Below are positions 9,278-18,034 of a DNA stretch of 64,000 nt, one piece after another. The notes under the pieces were generated by a model, which had not been told where the DNA came from, ran no database searches, and saw only the letters and a list, made by a program, of their open reading frames with translations. Both the position numbers and the translations under genes were made by a program. Numbering within the stretch: the stretch's first letter is position 1; every line of letters starts with the position of its first letter. The DNA lies in sequence record MT446421.1. One strand, written 5' to 3'. The DNA is from Escherichia virus TH55.

Positions 9278-9577
9278 TTAGAAAGAACCAGAACCTTTAA
9301 TTGTGTTCTGGCGACCTTTATTTTCTAATTCAGAATGGTCGATTTCGTATGCTTGTGCTACACCAAAGGCCTTTTTAACTTTAGCTAAAGAGCCTTTAGA
9401 TGTGACAATATTAAAAGTATTGCCTTTAGTAAAATCAACCAAATCCACTTGTACACCCTGTTTACCGAGGCTTGCTACAATAGCATCAACATATTGTTGG
9501 TCTAAATTGCCCTGGACTCCGATTTGAAATGCTTTGGGAGCTTTGGCTTCAGTAATAAATTCTTGATAAGTTTTCAT
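9278..9577 (-). CDS. internal-protein-like protein with capsid targeting sequence
   Basis: starts MKTYQEFITE, the T4 IP capsid-targeting leader with L/I-x-E cleavage site; adjacent to denV as ipII/ipIII are in T4. Confidence 0.55.
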   Translation of the reverse strand: MKTYQEFITEAKAPKAFQIGVQGNLDQQYVDAIVASLGKQGVQVDLVDFTKGNTFNIVTSKGSLAKVKKAFGVAQAYEIDHSELENKGRQNTIKGSGSF

Positions 9578-9625
9578 TTTATATTCCATTGTTTGGTTAA
9601 TAAAATCATTATACAACCTTTTTAG

Positions 9626-10042
9626 TTAAGCGTACACAGCTTTCCCATAGTATTTGTACCAAGCAGGCTTTTGAGAAATTTTCTCATTCAGTCTAGCTTG
9701 ACTGATTTCAATTGACCAGATTGATGGTTGATAATCATTCTTCCATTCATCAGGAATATCAGTTAAATCTTGGGTAGAAATATCTTTTATGTTAAACCCT
9801 CGCTTTAAACATTCCGCAATAAGTTCTTGATGCCGGTTTTTAAGGAACAAAAGCTTATCATAAAAGAAGGTGACATGACCAGTCCCTAAAAGGAAAGATG
9901 ATGGGATTTTAAAGTCAGAAACCTTTTTACCATTTTGTACATGCTTACGAACAGCACCAAACACGCGAGGAAGCTCACGATATTCAGCCATAAGATGTTG
10001 GTCAGCGAGTTCAGATACCAGGGTTAAGTTAATGCGAGTCAT
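9626..10042 (-). CDS. denV: endonuclease V (pyrimidine dimer DNA glycosylase)
   Basis: 138 aa, [35 protein letters not shown]... near-identical to recalled T4 DenV. Confidence 0.9.
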   Translation of the reverse strand: MTRINLTLVSELADQHLMAEYRELPRVFGAVRKHVQNGKKVSDFKIPSSFLLGTGHVTFFYDKLLFLKNRHQELIAECLKRGFNIKDISTQDLTDIPDEWKNDYQPSIWSIEISQARLNEKISQKPAWYKYYGKAVYA

Positions 10043-10095
10043 GTTTGTTCTCCGTAGTTGATAGGGTCATTATAACCCTATCATTTGGAGATGTA
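10043..10095 (-). promoter_or_regulatory. early promoter/hairpin cassette (family 1) upstream of denV
   Basis: coding strand tgtaca...atagggt TATAAT gaccctat caactacggag ATG; -10 inside inverted repeat. Confidence 0.45.
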
Positions 10096-10097
10096 CA

Positions 10098-10367
10098 TCA
10101 TTTCTTAGAGTATTGACCCATAAGTTTAGCGATATCACCCAATTTCTGATTAAACAAATAATCCACTTCTTTGCCAGATTTATCTACAATTTGCCACTGA
10201 CCATTTCCTTTGTTGCCAAAGGTCCAATCACCGACTTTAAATGAAGTTCCATTAACTTTTTTAATAGAAGTAAACTCAAAGCCTTCTTTCTTAGCTAAAA
10301 ATGCCATGCGGCTTTCATCTGATTCATTTAATACAGATTCAGCCAAAAATTCTTGATACGTTTTCAT
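10098..10367 (-). CDS. internal-protein-like protein with capsid targeting sequence
   Basis: starts MKTYQEFLAE; 89 aa. Confidence 0.55.
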   Translation of the reverse strand: MKTYQEFLAESVLNESDESRMAFLAKKEGFEFTSIKKVNGTSFKVGDWTFGNKGNGQWQIVDKSGKEVDYLFNQKLGDIAKLMGQYSKK

Positions 10368-10375
10368 ATTTTACC

Positions 10376-10867
10376 TTATTTGTATGCGTCAAAAGTTCCG
10401 GTGCGGAAAGTTTCAATAACTCGTTTAGCCCGGTTCGGAGTCTGGACTTTATACCATCTTGAGTCTGCCAGTTCCTTGGCAGCCGCTTCCCATGATTTAG
10501 CCTTCAGCAATCGCATACCCTTAGGAAAACCCGCAACACCAGCAACACCCATCTGGAATACCATATTAATGAGTGCACAACGACGAACTTCATCAAGTAC
10601 ATCATAAACAGGTTTTAAGACAGGATGTCTCAAGATTCCGGCTTTAGCCTTTTCGACCGAACGGTTAAACAGTGTTTCGGCTTCGTGTTGGGTTATACGA
10701 CCATTACAGACGCGACCCATGAGCTTATCGAGCTCGGCGCGAGCAACATCTTTAGATGGGTTCTTAGTTATCAGTTGCCCGATGCCAATGGTCCAATAGC
10801 CTTCAGTATCTTTATACAAATCCAACTTACAACCTTCATCTATGCGTAACATTTCGAATATATTCAT
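10376..10867 (-). CDS. e: endolysin (T4 lysozyme)
   Basis: [12 protein letters not shown]...[13 protein letters not shown]...[12 protein letters not shown]...[22 protein letters not shown] matches T4 lysozyme. Confidence 0.92.
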   Translation of the reverse strand: MNIFEMLRIDEGCKLDLYKDTEGYWTIGIGQLITKNPSKDVARAELDKLMGRVCNGRITQHEAETLFNRSVEKAKAGILRHPVLKPVYDVLDEVRRCALINMVFQMGVAGVAGFPKGMRLLKAKSWEAAAKELADSRWYKVQTPNRAKRVIETFRTGTFDAYK

Positions 10868-10893
10868 AATACCCCCTTATATAGGGGTATTTA

Positions 10894-11352
10894 TTATCCG
10901 AAAATTTGAGTCATTACCTTGTACATCGATTTGCCCATCACATACTGCCATTGACTCGGTTTAATCAGAGCAAATGCATCGAACTCTGGAACCGAACTAC
11001 CATCCGGGAAGGTATGATAGGCAGAGCATTTACTATGTCTAAACTGCTCATGCTCAACCGGAACCGTGTACAAAAACAGGTGAAGATTTTTGTTATCTGA
11101 ATAACGGAACTCACCCAGGTCCTTTAAGAATGCCGGGTCGTATTGGGTAAACCCGGTTTCTTCTTCGGTTTCACGGATAGCCGCTTCAATCGGGGATTCA
11201 CCAGCTTCAACATGGCCCTTAGGGATGTCCCATTTATGTGCAGGCATACCTGGTTTACGAGAACAAGTCACACGACCCATGAATAACTCTTTATCTTCAG
11301 TCATGAAAATAATGCCAGCAGATAATTCTTTCACCTTGTTTTTCTTACTCAT
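10894..11352 (-). CDS. nudE: Nudix hydrolase
   Basis: Nudix box GHVEAGESPIEAAIRETEEETG; position after e as in T4; start at MSKKNK. Confidence 0.8.
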   Translation of the reverse strand: MSKKNKVKELSAGIIFMTEDKELFMGRVTCSRKPGMPAHKWDIPKGHVEAGESPIEAAIRETEEETGFTQYDPAFLKDLGEFRYSDNKNLHLFLYTVPVEHEQFRHSKCSAYHTFPDGSSVPEFDAFALIKPSQWQYVMGKSMYKVMTQIFG

Positions 11353-11581
11353 CGTCACGTTTCCATGATTGGTTAAAAATATCACTCATTAAAAATTCAA
11401 GTCTATTTTCCAATGAAGGGCTTTCACTACTAGAAACTTGAACCATGTAGTCGGAAATAGGTCGGAACATATCCAAGTCAGTTTCTAAATCATCTTTGAT
11501 TTTCTCTTCTGATGTACCTGTATCATAGGAATACAGATAAGAATCACATGACTCTGATTTAATATAAATTGCAATACTCAT
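11345..11581 (-). CDS. hypothetical acidic protein
   Basis: 78-aa ORF. Confidence 0.4.
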   Translation of the reverse strand: MSIAIYIKSESCDSYLYSYDTGTSEEKIKDDLETDLDMFRPISDYMVQVSSSESPSLENRLEFLMSDIFNQSWKRDDE

Positions 11582-12165
11582 TTACGGCATTCCTCAATAA
11601 AGGAGTTCAATGTATTTTTCTTAGTGATATCGTCATATACCTTTTTAACTTTAGAAATACGAAAAGGTACTTCAATAACCATAGTCCATAAAAATGATGC
11701 AATAAGTCCAGCAAGAGCAGTAGAAAAGCACGCACCCATTACAGCTACGGGTGCTTCATTTTTGCCTGTCAAGAAAAACCACAGGAATGGTAAAAATAAG
11801 ATTCCAGCCCAGGCATAAAACCTGGAACAAATTAACTTATCAAATTCATCACTCCAGGTACGAAATCCATATTTCTTGCTATAAGAAATTAATGGGTCGG
11901 GTGTCTGTTCTTTGAGTGGTTCTGGTTGATACCCATTAATGATATATCCCATTTTATATTCCTTAATTAAAAGCTCTTTCACATGACGATTGCATCGCGA
12001 CCAATCAACATTTTCCACCTTGATTCCTTCATCACCATCATCAAGGTTCGCCCAATATTTTTTGGTAATCATAAATTCATCTCTTGATACAATTATACCT
12101 GCATTTTCCGACCGACGGATGAAGTTTACATCAACACCCATACAACCCGGCTCATAAAGGGCCAT
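11578..12165 (-). CDS. hypothetical membrane protein with C-terminal FIEECRK tail
   Basis: 195 aa; soluble N-domain, two hydrophobic helices, basic tail ending NSFIEECRK. Confidence 0.45.
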   Translation of the reverse strand: MALYEPGCMGVDVNFIRRSENAGIIVSRDEFMITKKYWANLDDGDEGIKVENVDWSRCNRHVKELLIKEYKMGYIINGYQPEPLKEQTPDPLISYSKKYGFRTWSDEFDKLICSRFYAWAGILFLPFLWFFLTGKNEAPVAVMGACFSTALAGLIASFLWTMVIEVPFRISKVKKVYDDITKKNTLNSFIEECRK

Positions 12166-12851
12166 TACCAGCCCTCCATAGGGAATTCCAGATATACTTG
12201 AGCATTAACGCGGATTTCATTTGTAATCTTTTTAACACGGTCGGTATTACGAGACACACGACCAAACCAGCGCCAACCGTTACTTACTGCGCGAGAACCT
12301 GTATGCCATGTCTGCCAATCAAACTGGAGCAACGTGCGGTCAGGAGCATCCCACTTGGCTAATTCATTGGACTCAATTTTTTCCAGAACTTCTTTATGCC
12401 ACTGACGATAGATAAGTTCGCCTTCAGGAATCTGACTAAATTGTGCAGTTCCGGTTGCAAAATAAGTAGGACACACATCAGCGTTAACAAGACCAAGAAT
12501 ATGTTCAGAATGGTAACGAGGATTATCATAATCAGGTTGCCCTGCAGTAATAAAGTGTTGACCAACCGGAATATCCGGGCGTGGTACATCGTCATGGTGA
12601 TAACCTGGGATAGCAGGATACCAACCAGGCATCAGCATATGAACCCGAGAATCAAATACAACCTGGTCGGTGTTCCAATCATCCGGCAGACTCATAATAA
12701 AGCTACGAGTAATAGGACCGCCATTGTCAAAAGCGAAAGCCAATGAGCTGTTGAAGAACATAGTTTCGTTTTTGATTTTATCATTAGAAATTTTACCAGC
12801 GAAACTGCCTACTGCATGAGCTTGAGAATTAAAAGTTTTTGGACCGTTCAT
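12165..12851 (-). CDS. hypothetical protein
   Basis: 228-aa ORF preceded by promoter/hairpin cassette. Confidence 0.45.
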   Translation of the reverse strand: MNGPKTFNSQAHAVGSFAGKISNDKIKNETMFFNSSLAFAFDNGGPITRSFIMSLPDDWNTDQVVFDSRVHMLMPGWYPAIPGYHHDDVPRPDIPVGQHFITAGQPDYDNPRYHSEHILGLVNADVCPTYFATGTAQFSQIPEGELIYRQWHKEVLEKIESNELAKWDAPDRTLLQFDWQTWHTGSRAVSNGWRWFGRVSRNTDRVKKITNEIRVNAQVYLEFPMEGW

Positions 12852-12905
12852 AATATTTTCCTCATTGATTGTGGGACCATTGTGTCATAGTCCCACTTGG
12901 ATGTA
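12852..12905 (-). promoter_or_regulatory. early promoter/hairpin cassette (family 1)
   Basis: inverted repeat gtgggac/gtcccac then caatcaatgaggaaa before ATG; GTGTAC upstream. Confidence 0.4.
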
Positions 12906-12910
12906 CACAC

Positions 12911-13891
12911 TTATTTTTCGAAAGGACGAATTAAATGTTGGTTAGCCTTGAAACGTTTAACATAGTCTTCGTGACCCAGGGTGTTGTACATATTAACCAC
13001 TTCCTGGTAATGTTCCCAGGCATACTCGCGGAACCATCCAGAAGTAATGGAGGTGCAGACTTTTTCCAGCGCAATATGGAAGCTCACGGATGGAGAGATA
13101 TTGAACTCATTGGGAACCTGCGAACGCTCCAGAGCGAGTACACATGCTTCTTCATAAACCCCTGCCAGTTTAATAATCTCAGGGAGTGCTTCAAATTTTT
13201 CACGCGAGGTCATAACTTCTGAATCATCTTTCATATAGAACTTATATGCAGGCTTATCAGCAAGCGCCACGGCCTCGTGGATGGAGTCATGGTCAAGGGT
13301 ATAGATTGTATCATTAAAGAAAGTTTTCTTGCCCACGTCTAGTTTAGGGTGACTATATGACAATGTTTCTGCCTGGCGCTGCAGCATGATTTTATGCAGT
13401 TCGTCATTAAGAACAACCCCCTTATTGCGAAGGTAATTAATATGACTCATGGTCTTCAGGAAGAATGGATTGTTCTTCAGGTAACGATGAGACAATTTAA
13501 TTGCCAGACAAATATCAGGAGTCGCCCAGTAAAAACCAGATAGACGGTCTTTCTGAATATTTGCCTTCGCATATTTGAGTAAACGATAACTGGAGGTAAA
13601 ATCTTCCTCTTGTAGCTCATCAGTCAGCTCACGAACACTTGTCAATGCGCGGACGATGTACGCTTCAAAATAGGTTTCTTTACCATTGTGCATACATTTA
13701 AAAGCTTGAACATCTGGGTTATCCACATGCACATGTTGTCCCATCATCTGGGTTTTAAAGCTATTCCAGGAGCCCTGGTCAGCGATAAAGTCCCAATCAG
13801 AGTTTTCAATTTTCTGACTTTCAATCAGACCAGCGTTATGTAATGCACGAGAACCAATAACTAACATCATAATATTTTCCTCAAATAACAC
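12911..13891 (-). CDS. hypothetical protein (326 aa)
   Basis: long ORF; N-terminal VIGSRAL...SDWDF loosely NTase-like, unconfirmed. Confidence 0.45.
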   Translation of the reverse strand: MLFEENIMMLVIGSRALHNAGLIESQKIENSDWDFIADQGSWNSFKTQMMGQHVHVDNPDVQAFKCMHNGKETYFEAYIVRALTSVRELTDELQEEDFTSSYRLLKYAKANIQKDRLSGFYWATPDICLAIKLSHRYLKNNPFFLKTMSHINYLRNKGVVLNDELHKIMLQRQAETLSYSHPKLDVGKKTFFNDTIYTLDHDSIHEAVALADKPAYKFYMKDDSEVMTSREKFEALPEIIKLAGVYEEACVLALERSQVPNEFNISPSVSFHIALEKVCTSITSGWFREYAWEHYQEVVNMYNTLGHEDYVKRFKANQHLIRPFEK

Positions 13892-14122
13892 TTAAATTTC
13901 AGCAGCAGAGATATTAGATTCATCTATCATCTCAGAGGCGGACCCCTTAACGATAGGAACCAATTTGCCATAGAGGTCTTCATTATAAGGGTCGTTGATA
14001 CAGTGTGCATCTTCAAAACGAACACCGTAATCAGACTTCTTATAAACGAGACCGTAAATCTTTGTAAACTTAGCACGACTAATTTTTACAGGCTCATCAG
14101 TCATTGGGGCGTAATACCACAT
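13892..14122 (-). CDS. hypothetical protein
   Basis: 76-aa ORF behind promoter/hairpin cassette. Confidence 0.4.
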   Translation of the reverse strand: MWYYAPMTDEPVKISRAKFTKIYGLVYKKSDYGVRFEDAHCINDPYNEDLYGKLVPIVKGSASEMIDESNISAAEI

Positions 14123-14180
14123 AATGTTTTCCTCATTAGTTGACGAAATAATGATACTACATTTCTTTAGGCTTGTACAC
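14123..14180 (-). promoter_or_regulatory. early promoter/hairpin cassette (family 1)
   Basis: coding strand GTGTAC...gaaat gtag TATCAT t atttc gtcaactaatgaggaaa ATG. Confidence 0.45.
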
Positions 14181-14225
14181 TAAATTTCTGCACATAAGTC
14201 CTCCTATCACATCCTTGTGATTAAA

Positions 14226-14453
14226 TTATTTTCCTAACGAAATACGAGTAGGTTTTTTACCGAAATATTCTTCATAGGAACCATCTAAACGACCTGCTTT
14301 AGACCGACAGTATGAATCATACTTTTTGTAATAAGTCAACTCTGTATTGTAACGTGGATGTCTATCAGCCATAATAATACTTAACGGCCAGCCTTTAGCA
14401 TAATCGATAAGACCATTTATTTTACGAATATATCTTTTCTTTAATTTTAGCAT
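14226..14453 (-). CDS. hypothetical basic protein
   Basis: 75-aa ORF. Confidence 0.35.
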   Translation of the reverse strand: MLKLKKRYIRKINGLIDYAKGWPLSIIMADRHPRYNTELTYYKKYDSYCRSKAGRLDGSYEEYFGKKPTRISLGK

Positions 14454-14680
14454 GAGCTTGGGTACCAGATTTTACCATCGGCACGAGCAACGAAGGTGCG
14501 ACCAGCTTCTTCACCATAACAAGAGCTGTTCAACCAGTCTTCAAGACGGACTTCGCCGTCATAATCATCAAGCTCGACACCGAAATCTTGAGCAGAAGCC
14601 ATATCTTTTACTTTCTTATACAGCGCGGCCAGTTCAAGGGCAGCTTTTTCTAATTCAGCATGTTCAACAGCAGTAGTCAT
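14447..14680 (-). CDS. small protein, paralog family with C-terminal W-x-SS-C tail (member 1)
   Basis: 77 aa; N-terminal helix, ends WYPSSC; internal WLNSSC. Confidence 0.45.
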   Translation of the reverse strand: MTTAVEHAELEKAALELAALYKKVKDMASAQDFGVELDDYDGEVRLEDWLNSSCYGEEAGRTFVARADGKIWYPSSC

Positions 14681-14689
14681 TTTATCACC

Positions 14690-14920
14690 TTAGCAAGTCA
14701 TAGAGGAGTTAAACCAGAAACCCTGGCCATCATTGATGCCGTAATCACTGCGAATCCAGTCATATTCTTCATATTCTTCGCTAGAAGCCGGAATATAACG
14801 TTGGAAACGGTCTGCGGCGTGTAAATTAAAAATTTCACCGGTTTTATCGGCTAACTGCTCACCTTCACAGATTAGTGCACGGATTTGGTCTTCAATTTCT
14901 TTAACAGTTTTAGTAGTCAT
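14690..14920 (-). CDS. small protein, paralog family (member 2)
   Basis: 76 aa; ends FWFNSSMTC. Confidence 0.5.
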   Translation of the reverse strand: MTTKTVKEIEDQIRALICEGEQLADKTGEIFNLHAADRFQRYIPASSEEYEEYDWIRSDYGINDGQGFWFNSSMTC

Positions 14921-14929
14921 TTTATAACC

Positions 14930-15127
14930 TTAGCATTCATAAGAGGAGGACACCCAAGAGGTACCGCTAATAGTAATACAACCATTATAAAGCGTAATAT
15001 GTTGTTCCAGATTACGCTGACCGTCAATATAGATATCAGCTTCTTCGCGTTCTTCTTTGCAAATCTGGATAACGTTTTCAATAGCTGCCGCGGCAGTACG
15101 GATTGCACAATCTAATTCACGAGACAT
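14930..15127 (-). CDS. small protein, paralog family (member 3)
   Basis: about 65 aa from MSRELD; ends SWVSSSYEC. Confidence 0.5.
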   Translation of the reverse strand: MSRELDCAIRTAAAAIENVIQICKEEREEADIYIDGQRNLEQHITLYNGCITISGTSWVSSSYEC

Positions 15128-15135
15128 ATAATTCC

Positions 15136-15417
15136 TTAACATTCAGAAGAGGAGGACACCCAACCGCCATTTTCTAGGTCGGTTGTGTAGTCATGAGTAT
15201 TAACAATAGCCCATTCAGGATGACCATCTTCTTCCCAATGAGCAAGGTCAGCTTTCAAGGCGCCAGGAGAATAATAGTCACCGCCCATACCGCGAGCAGG
15301 GTATATATTAAAATGAGTCTCATATTTGTCTGCAATTTCCTCAGCACGGCGAATGGCTTCATGGATTTCTTTTACTGCGGCCAGAAGCTCTGGTTGGTTA
15401 TGGTTATCATTCATCAT
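15136..15417 (-). CDS. small protein, paralog family (member 4)
   Basis: 93 aa from MMNDNH; ends GGWVSSSSEC; longer ORF-track start is a spurious extension through member 5. Confidence 0.5.
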   Translation of the reverse strand: MMNDNHNQPELLAAVKEIHEAIRRAEEIADKYETHFNIYPARGMGGDYYSPGALKADLAHWEEDGHPEWAIVNTHDYTTDLENGGWVSSSSEC

Positions 15418-15418
15418 A

Positions 15419-15709
15419 TTAGCACATCTCAGAAGAGGAAACCCAGGCACCAACAGTAACAACGCCGTTTTCAACTCGCCCGCCGTTGTTTTCAATATGG
15501 TGAGCGAACCATTCGGAACATTCATAACCAACTGGATGATATGTACGGCCGGTGCCGTAATCACCAGTGCTGAATTCGATACCATATTCATCTGCGATTT
15601 CTTCACAGTGTTTTTCAATTTCAGAGGTCTTATTTAGAAGAGAATAGATGGCTTTTTCTGCAGATTTCTCATCATAATACTTGGGGATAGCAATTTCAAT
15701 TTTATTCAT
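15419..15709 (-). CDS. small protein, paralog family (member 5)
   Basis: 96 aa; ends GAWVSSSEMC. Confidence 0.5.
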   Translation of the reverse strand: MNKIEIAIPKYYDEKSAEKAIYSLLNKTSEIEKHCEEIADEYGIEFSTGDYGTGRTYHPVGYECSEWFAHHIENNGGRVENGVVTVGAWVSSSEMC

Positions 15710-16152
15710 GATTTACATTCCTTAATAAAGGTTTCAAGGTCATTACGTTTTGTTTTGTCTAGGAACTTATTATACTCAGCCATTGCCAAAGCGTATCTCT
15801 TTCGGCTGGGAGCATTCACGGCATTTGTGTGACAGATATCATACACAACCGGGATAAAATAAGCCACAACAGCCGGAGCAATTATCATAAAGAAGCCCAT
15901 CTCAATAGGCATGACTCCCTCGATTGCAGCCATAACCGTGGTCATTACCAGACCAACCAAACCACCAAGCATGGCAGTGACAATCCCCAATAATAAATTG
16001 CCGCCAATATCATATTCAGCCAATTGATAAACATGTGATGCAAGACTAGGCCGTTCCATTACGAACCTCCTTAATAAATTCTTCGGCACATTTAATTTTG
16101 TGCTCTTCTTGTAGGGAAACACATTTTTGTTCCCACTCTTTAACTCGTCCAC
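15706..16152 (-). CDS. hypothetical membrane protein with C-terminal FIKECKS tail
   Basis: 148 aa; two hydrophobic helices; start may be internal Met near 16059. Confidence 0.45.
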   Translation of the reverse strand: MDELKSGNKNVFPYKKSTKLNVPKNLLRRFVMERPSLASHVYQLAEYDIGGNLLLGIVTAMLGGLVGLVMTTVMAAIEGVMPIEMGFFMIIAPAVVAYFIPVVYDICHTNAVNAPSRKRYALAMAEYNKFLDKTKRNDLETFIKECKS

Positions 16153-16441
16153 GGTATCCTTTATTCATATGATTTTGATGCCACACATTTATCAAAATCA
16201 TACTCAGGACTGTAATAAAAGGAGCTGCGATTATTAGCGCCCAGGCAACTCCAACACTAATGATACTCATATCCCCACAAAGCACCATCATTATAACCCC
16301 AACGATGCATATGGACAGGGCCCCAAATGCTGGCATAAGGTCTTTATCAATTTTGTCTGCGTATACAAATTTTTCTGGTTTACTTGGCAGATATAACGTT
16401 CGCATTTTGAACCCCTTTAGCATATTCACGACATTCAGCAA
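16046..16441 (-). CDS. hypothetical membrane protein
   Basis: 131 aa; two hydrophobic helices; tail EEFIKEVRNG; overlaps both neighbours in other frames, start uncertain. Confidence 0.4.
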   Translation of the reverse strand: MLNVVNMLKGFKMRTLYLPSKPEKFVYADKIDKDLMPAFGALSICIVGVIMMVLCGDMSIISVGVAWALIIAAPFITVLSMILINVWHQNHMNKGYRGRVKEWEQKCVSLQEEHKIKCAEEFIKEVRNGTA

Positions 16442-16952
16442 TAAAACGATTAAGCTTACGTTTCCGTTTACGACCCTCTAATGTATACTCAGCCGCCAAA
16501 TCAAGAAGCTCATCTTTATCATAATTTTTAATATCAGTATAAGTTGGGCGGCGGTCAACCATTCCAAAGTGGTCACCATTTTCCAACATCAAATAACACA
16601 CCAAATGGTCATCATCGTCCGCATTAATAAGCTGCTTATAATCACTTGGTTCATTTAACGCATACACAGAATAACTCAGCCCAGCGAATTCCACTCGTTG
16701 AATACCCAGATTTACGTCAATAATTTCCAAGGCATCTGCAAAAGAAAGGTCTTCAGCTAAAGCAAAAATAAAAGGCAATTTGGTAGTATCGCCGCGACTT
16801 GTTGTTCTTCTTAAGAAATCATTGGAATAGCCCAAGTCGCGGCGGATTCTATAAAGAACTGTGTTAGTTTCAGTGGCAAGACCACTACCGCCAAACCATT
16901 CCACATTTGATAAAAGATTATCATATAAAGTCATAATTTTCTCCTCTCCCAA
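16380..16952 (-). CDS. hypothetical protein with KRKRK...FIAECRE tail
   Basis: 190 aa soluble ORF; C-terminus overlaps next gene. Confidence 0.45.
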   Translation of the reverse strand: MGEEKIMTLYDNLLSNVEWFGGSGLATETNTVLYRIRRDLGYSNDFLRRTTSRGDTTKLPFIFALAEDLSFADALEIIDVNLGIQRVEFAGLSYSVYALNEPSDYKQLINADDDDHLVCYLMLENGDHFGMVDRRPTYTDIKNYDKDELLDLAAEYTLEGRKRKRKLNRFIAECREYAKGVQNANVISAK

Positions 16953-16976
16953 TTAGGGGGCTTTGCCCCCTTTATC

Positions 16977-17570
16977 TTACTTAAGTGAATTGATGTATTC
17001 TTCAATGTCAGCGGACGTGGTATCCACACCAACCTGTGGACCTTTGAAGGTTTCAACACGCATCAAGGTGTCTTCAATATCAATCTTAGTCAATGCAGCG
17101 ATTTCAACAACATCATCTGCAGTCGCAATACCCAGGGCAGATACCTTACGGGTTTCGCGGATGTATTCCAGTTTAACAGCTAGTTCCTGACGAGAATCAT
17201 CCAGCTCTTTAACTTTCAATTTAATTTCATTACGCATTTCAACATAATCGTCTGCCTTCTTACGAAGTTGTTTAGCAGTGCGACGATACAGGAGACCCAG
17301 TTTAGCATGGACCTGGACATCAGCACCATCAGCAATCAGTTTGCGGATTTCACGCTCTTTTGAGGCGGCGAGTTGGTCTTTTTCATTCGCTAACTCGCGG
17401 ATGCGTTTTTCTTCATTAACAGACTTAACGTGGGCGGTCTGGAGCTCAGTAATCTTGTCAATCAGGGTAGACGCCGCTTGAGTATATTGGTCTTCAATAG
17501 ACAGGTTTTTTGCCATTGCAGTACCCAGTTTGGAGCGGATGAATTCAACAAGTTTCTTTAAAGTATTCAT
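16977..17570 (-). CDS. coiled-coil protein (possibly PspA/IM30-like)
   Basis: 197 aa, long charged heptad-like helical segments. Confidence 0.4.
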   Translation of the reverse strand: MNTLKKLVEFIRSKLGTAMAKNLSIEDQYTQAASTLIDKITELQTAHVKSVNEEKRIRELANEKDQLAASKEREIRKLIADGADVQVHAKLGLLYRRTAKQLRKKADDYVEMRNEIKLKVKELDDSRQELAVKLEYIRETRKVSALGIATADDVVEIAALTKIDIEDTLMRVETFKGPQVGVDTTSADIEEYINSLK

Positions 17571-17642
17571 GGTATTTCCTTCAGTTGGTTAATGTTTTAT
17601 TATCCAGGGAACATACTATCATGTTCCCATTAAAGCACTAAT

Positions 17643-17948
17643 TTAGATTTTGTTTTCCTGCACACCATAGTAAAGTTCATCAGACACAATATCCAGGATG
17701 CGGCGAACATATTCATCATGGTATTGGCAGTCAAAATCAAATGCAACAGTAGTTTCCGCTTCACGAGTGAATTTAACTTGCACATTCAGGTGATTAACAA
17801 CGTTAGTTAATTTATCAGTAAAGAACTCTTTTGCTACCGCCTGTTGGACTTGTACTTTGAACTTGGTGTTGCGAATCATATTTTCAGCAGATGCGAAATT
17901 ACCAGTTTTATCAAAGTCAACAAGCGCCAGGTTGATGATGAATTTCAT
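17643..17948 (-). CDS. hypothetical protein
   Basis: 101-aa ORF behind family-2 promoter cassette. Confidence 0.45.
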   Translation of the reverse strand: MKFIINLALVDFDKTGNFASAENMIRNTKFKVQVQQAVAKEFFTDKLTNVVNHLNVQVKFTREAETTVAFDFDCQYHDEYVRRILDIVSDELYYGVQENKI

Positions 17949-18010
17949 TTTATTCTCCAGTGTTTTATTTGGTAACTCAGTATGGAATCATTATGCCTTA
18001 AAGCAGGGGG
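17949..18010 (-). promoter_or_regulatory. early promoter/5' leader cassette (family 2)
   Basis: coding strand CATAAT gattccatactgagttaccaaataaaacactggag ATG. Confidence 0.45.
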
Positions 18011-18034
18011 CTTGTATACCCCCCCCTTTTTGAA

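Noticed and set aside
15418-15618. Long form of ORF 15136..15618 overlapping the next paralog by 200 nt
   Set aside because: The overlap lies in another frame of a well-supported paralog; an internal Met pair just after that paralog's stop gives a 93-aa protein matching family size.
17990-18030. Plus-strand-oriented terminator gcaggggg...ccccccc ttttt
   Set aside because: Stem plus T-run reads as a terminator on the plus strand, but no plus-strand gene ends here; more likely part of the minus-strand terminator/promoter junction, so not called separately.
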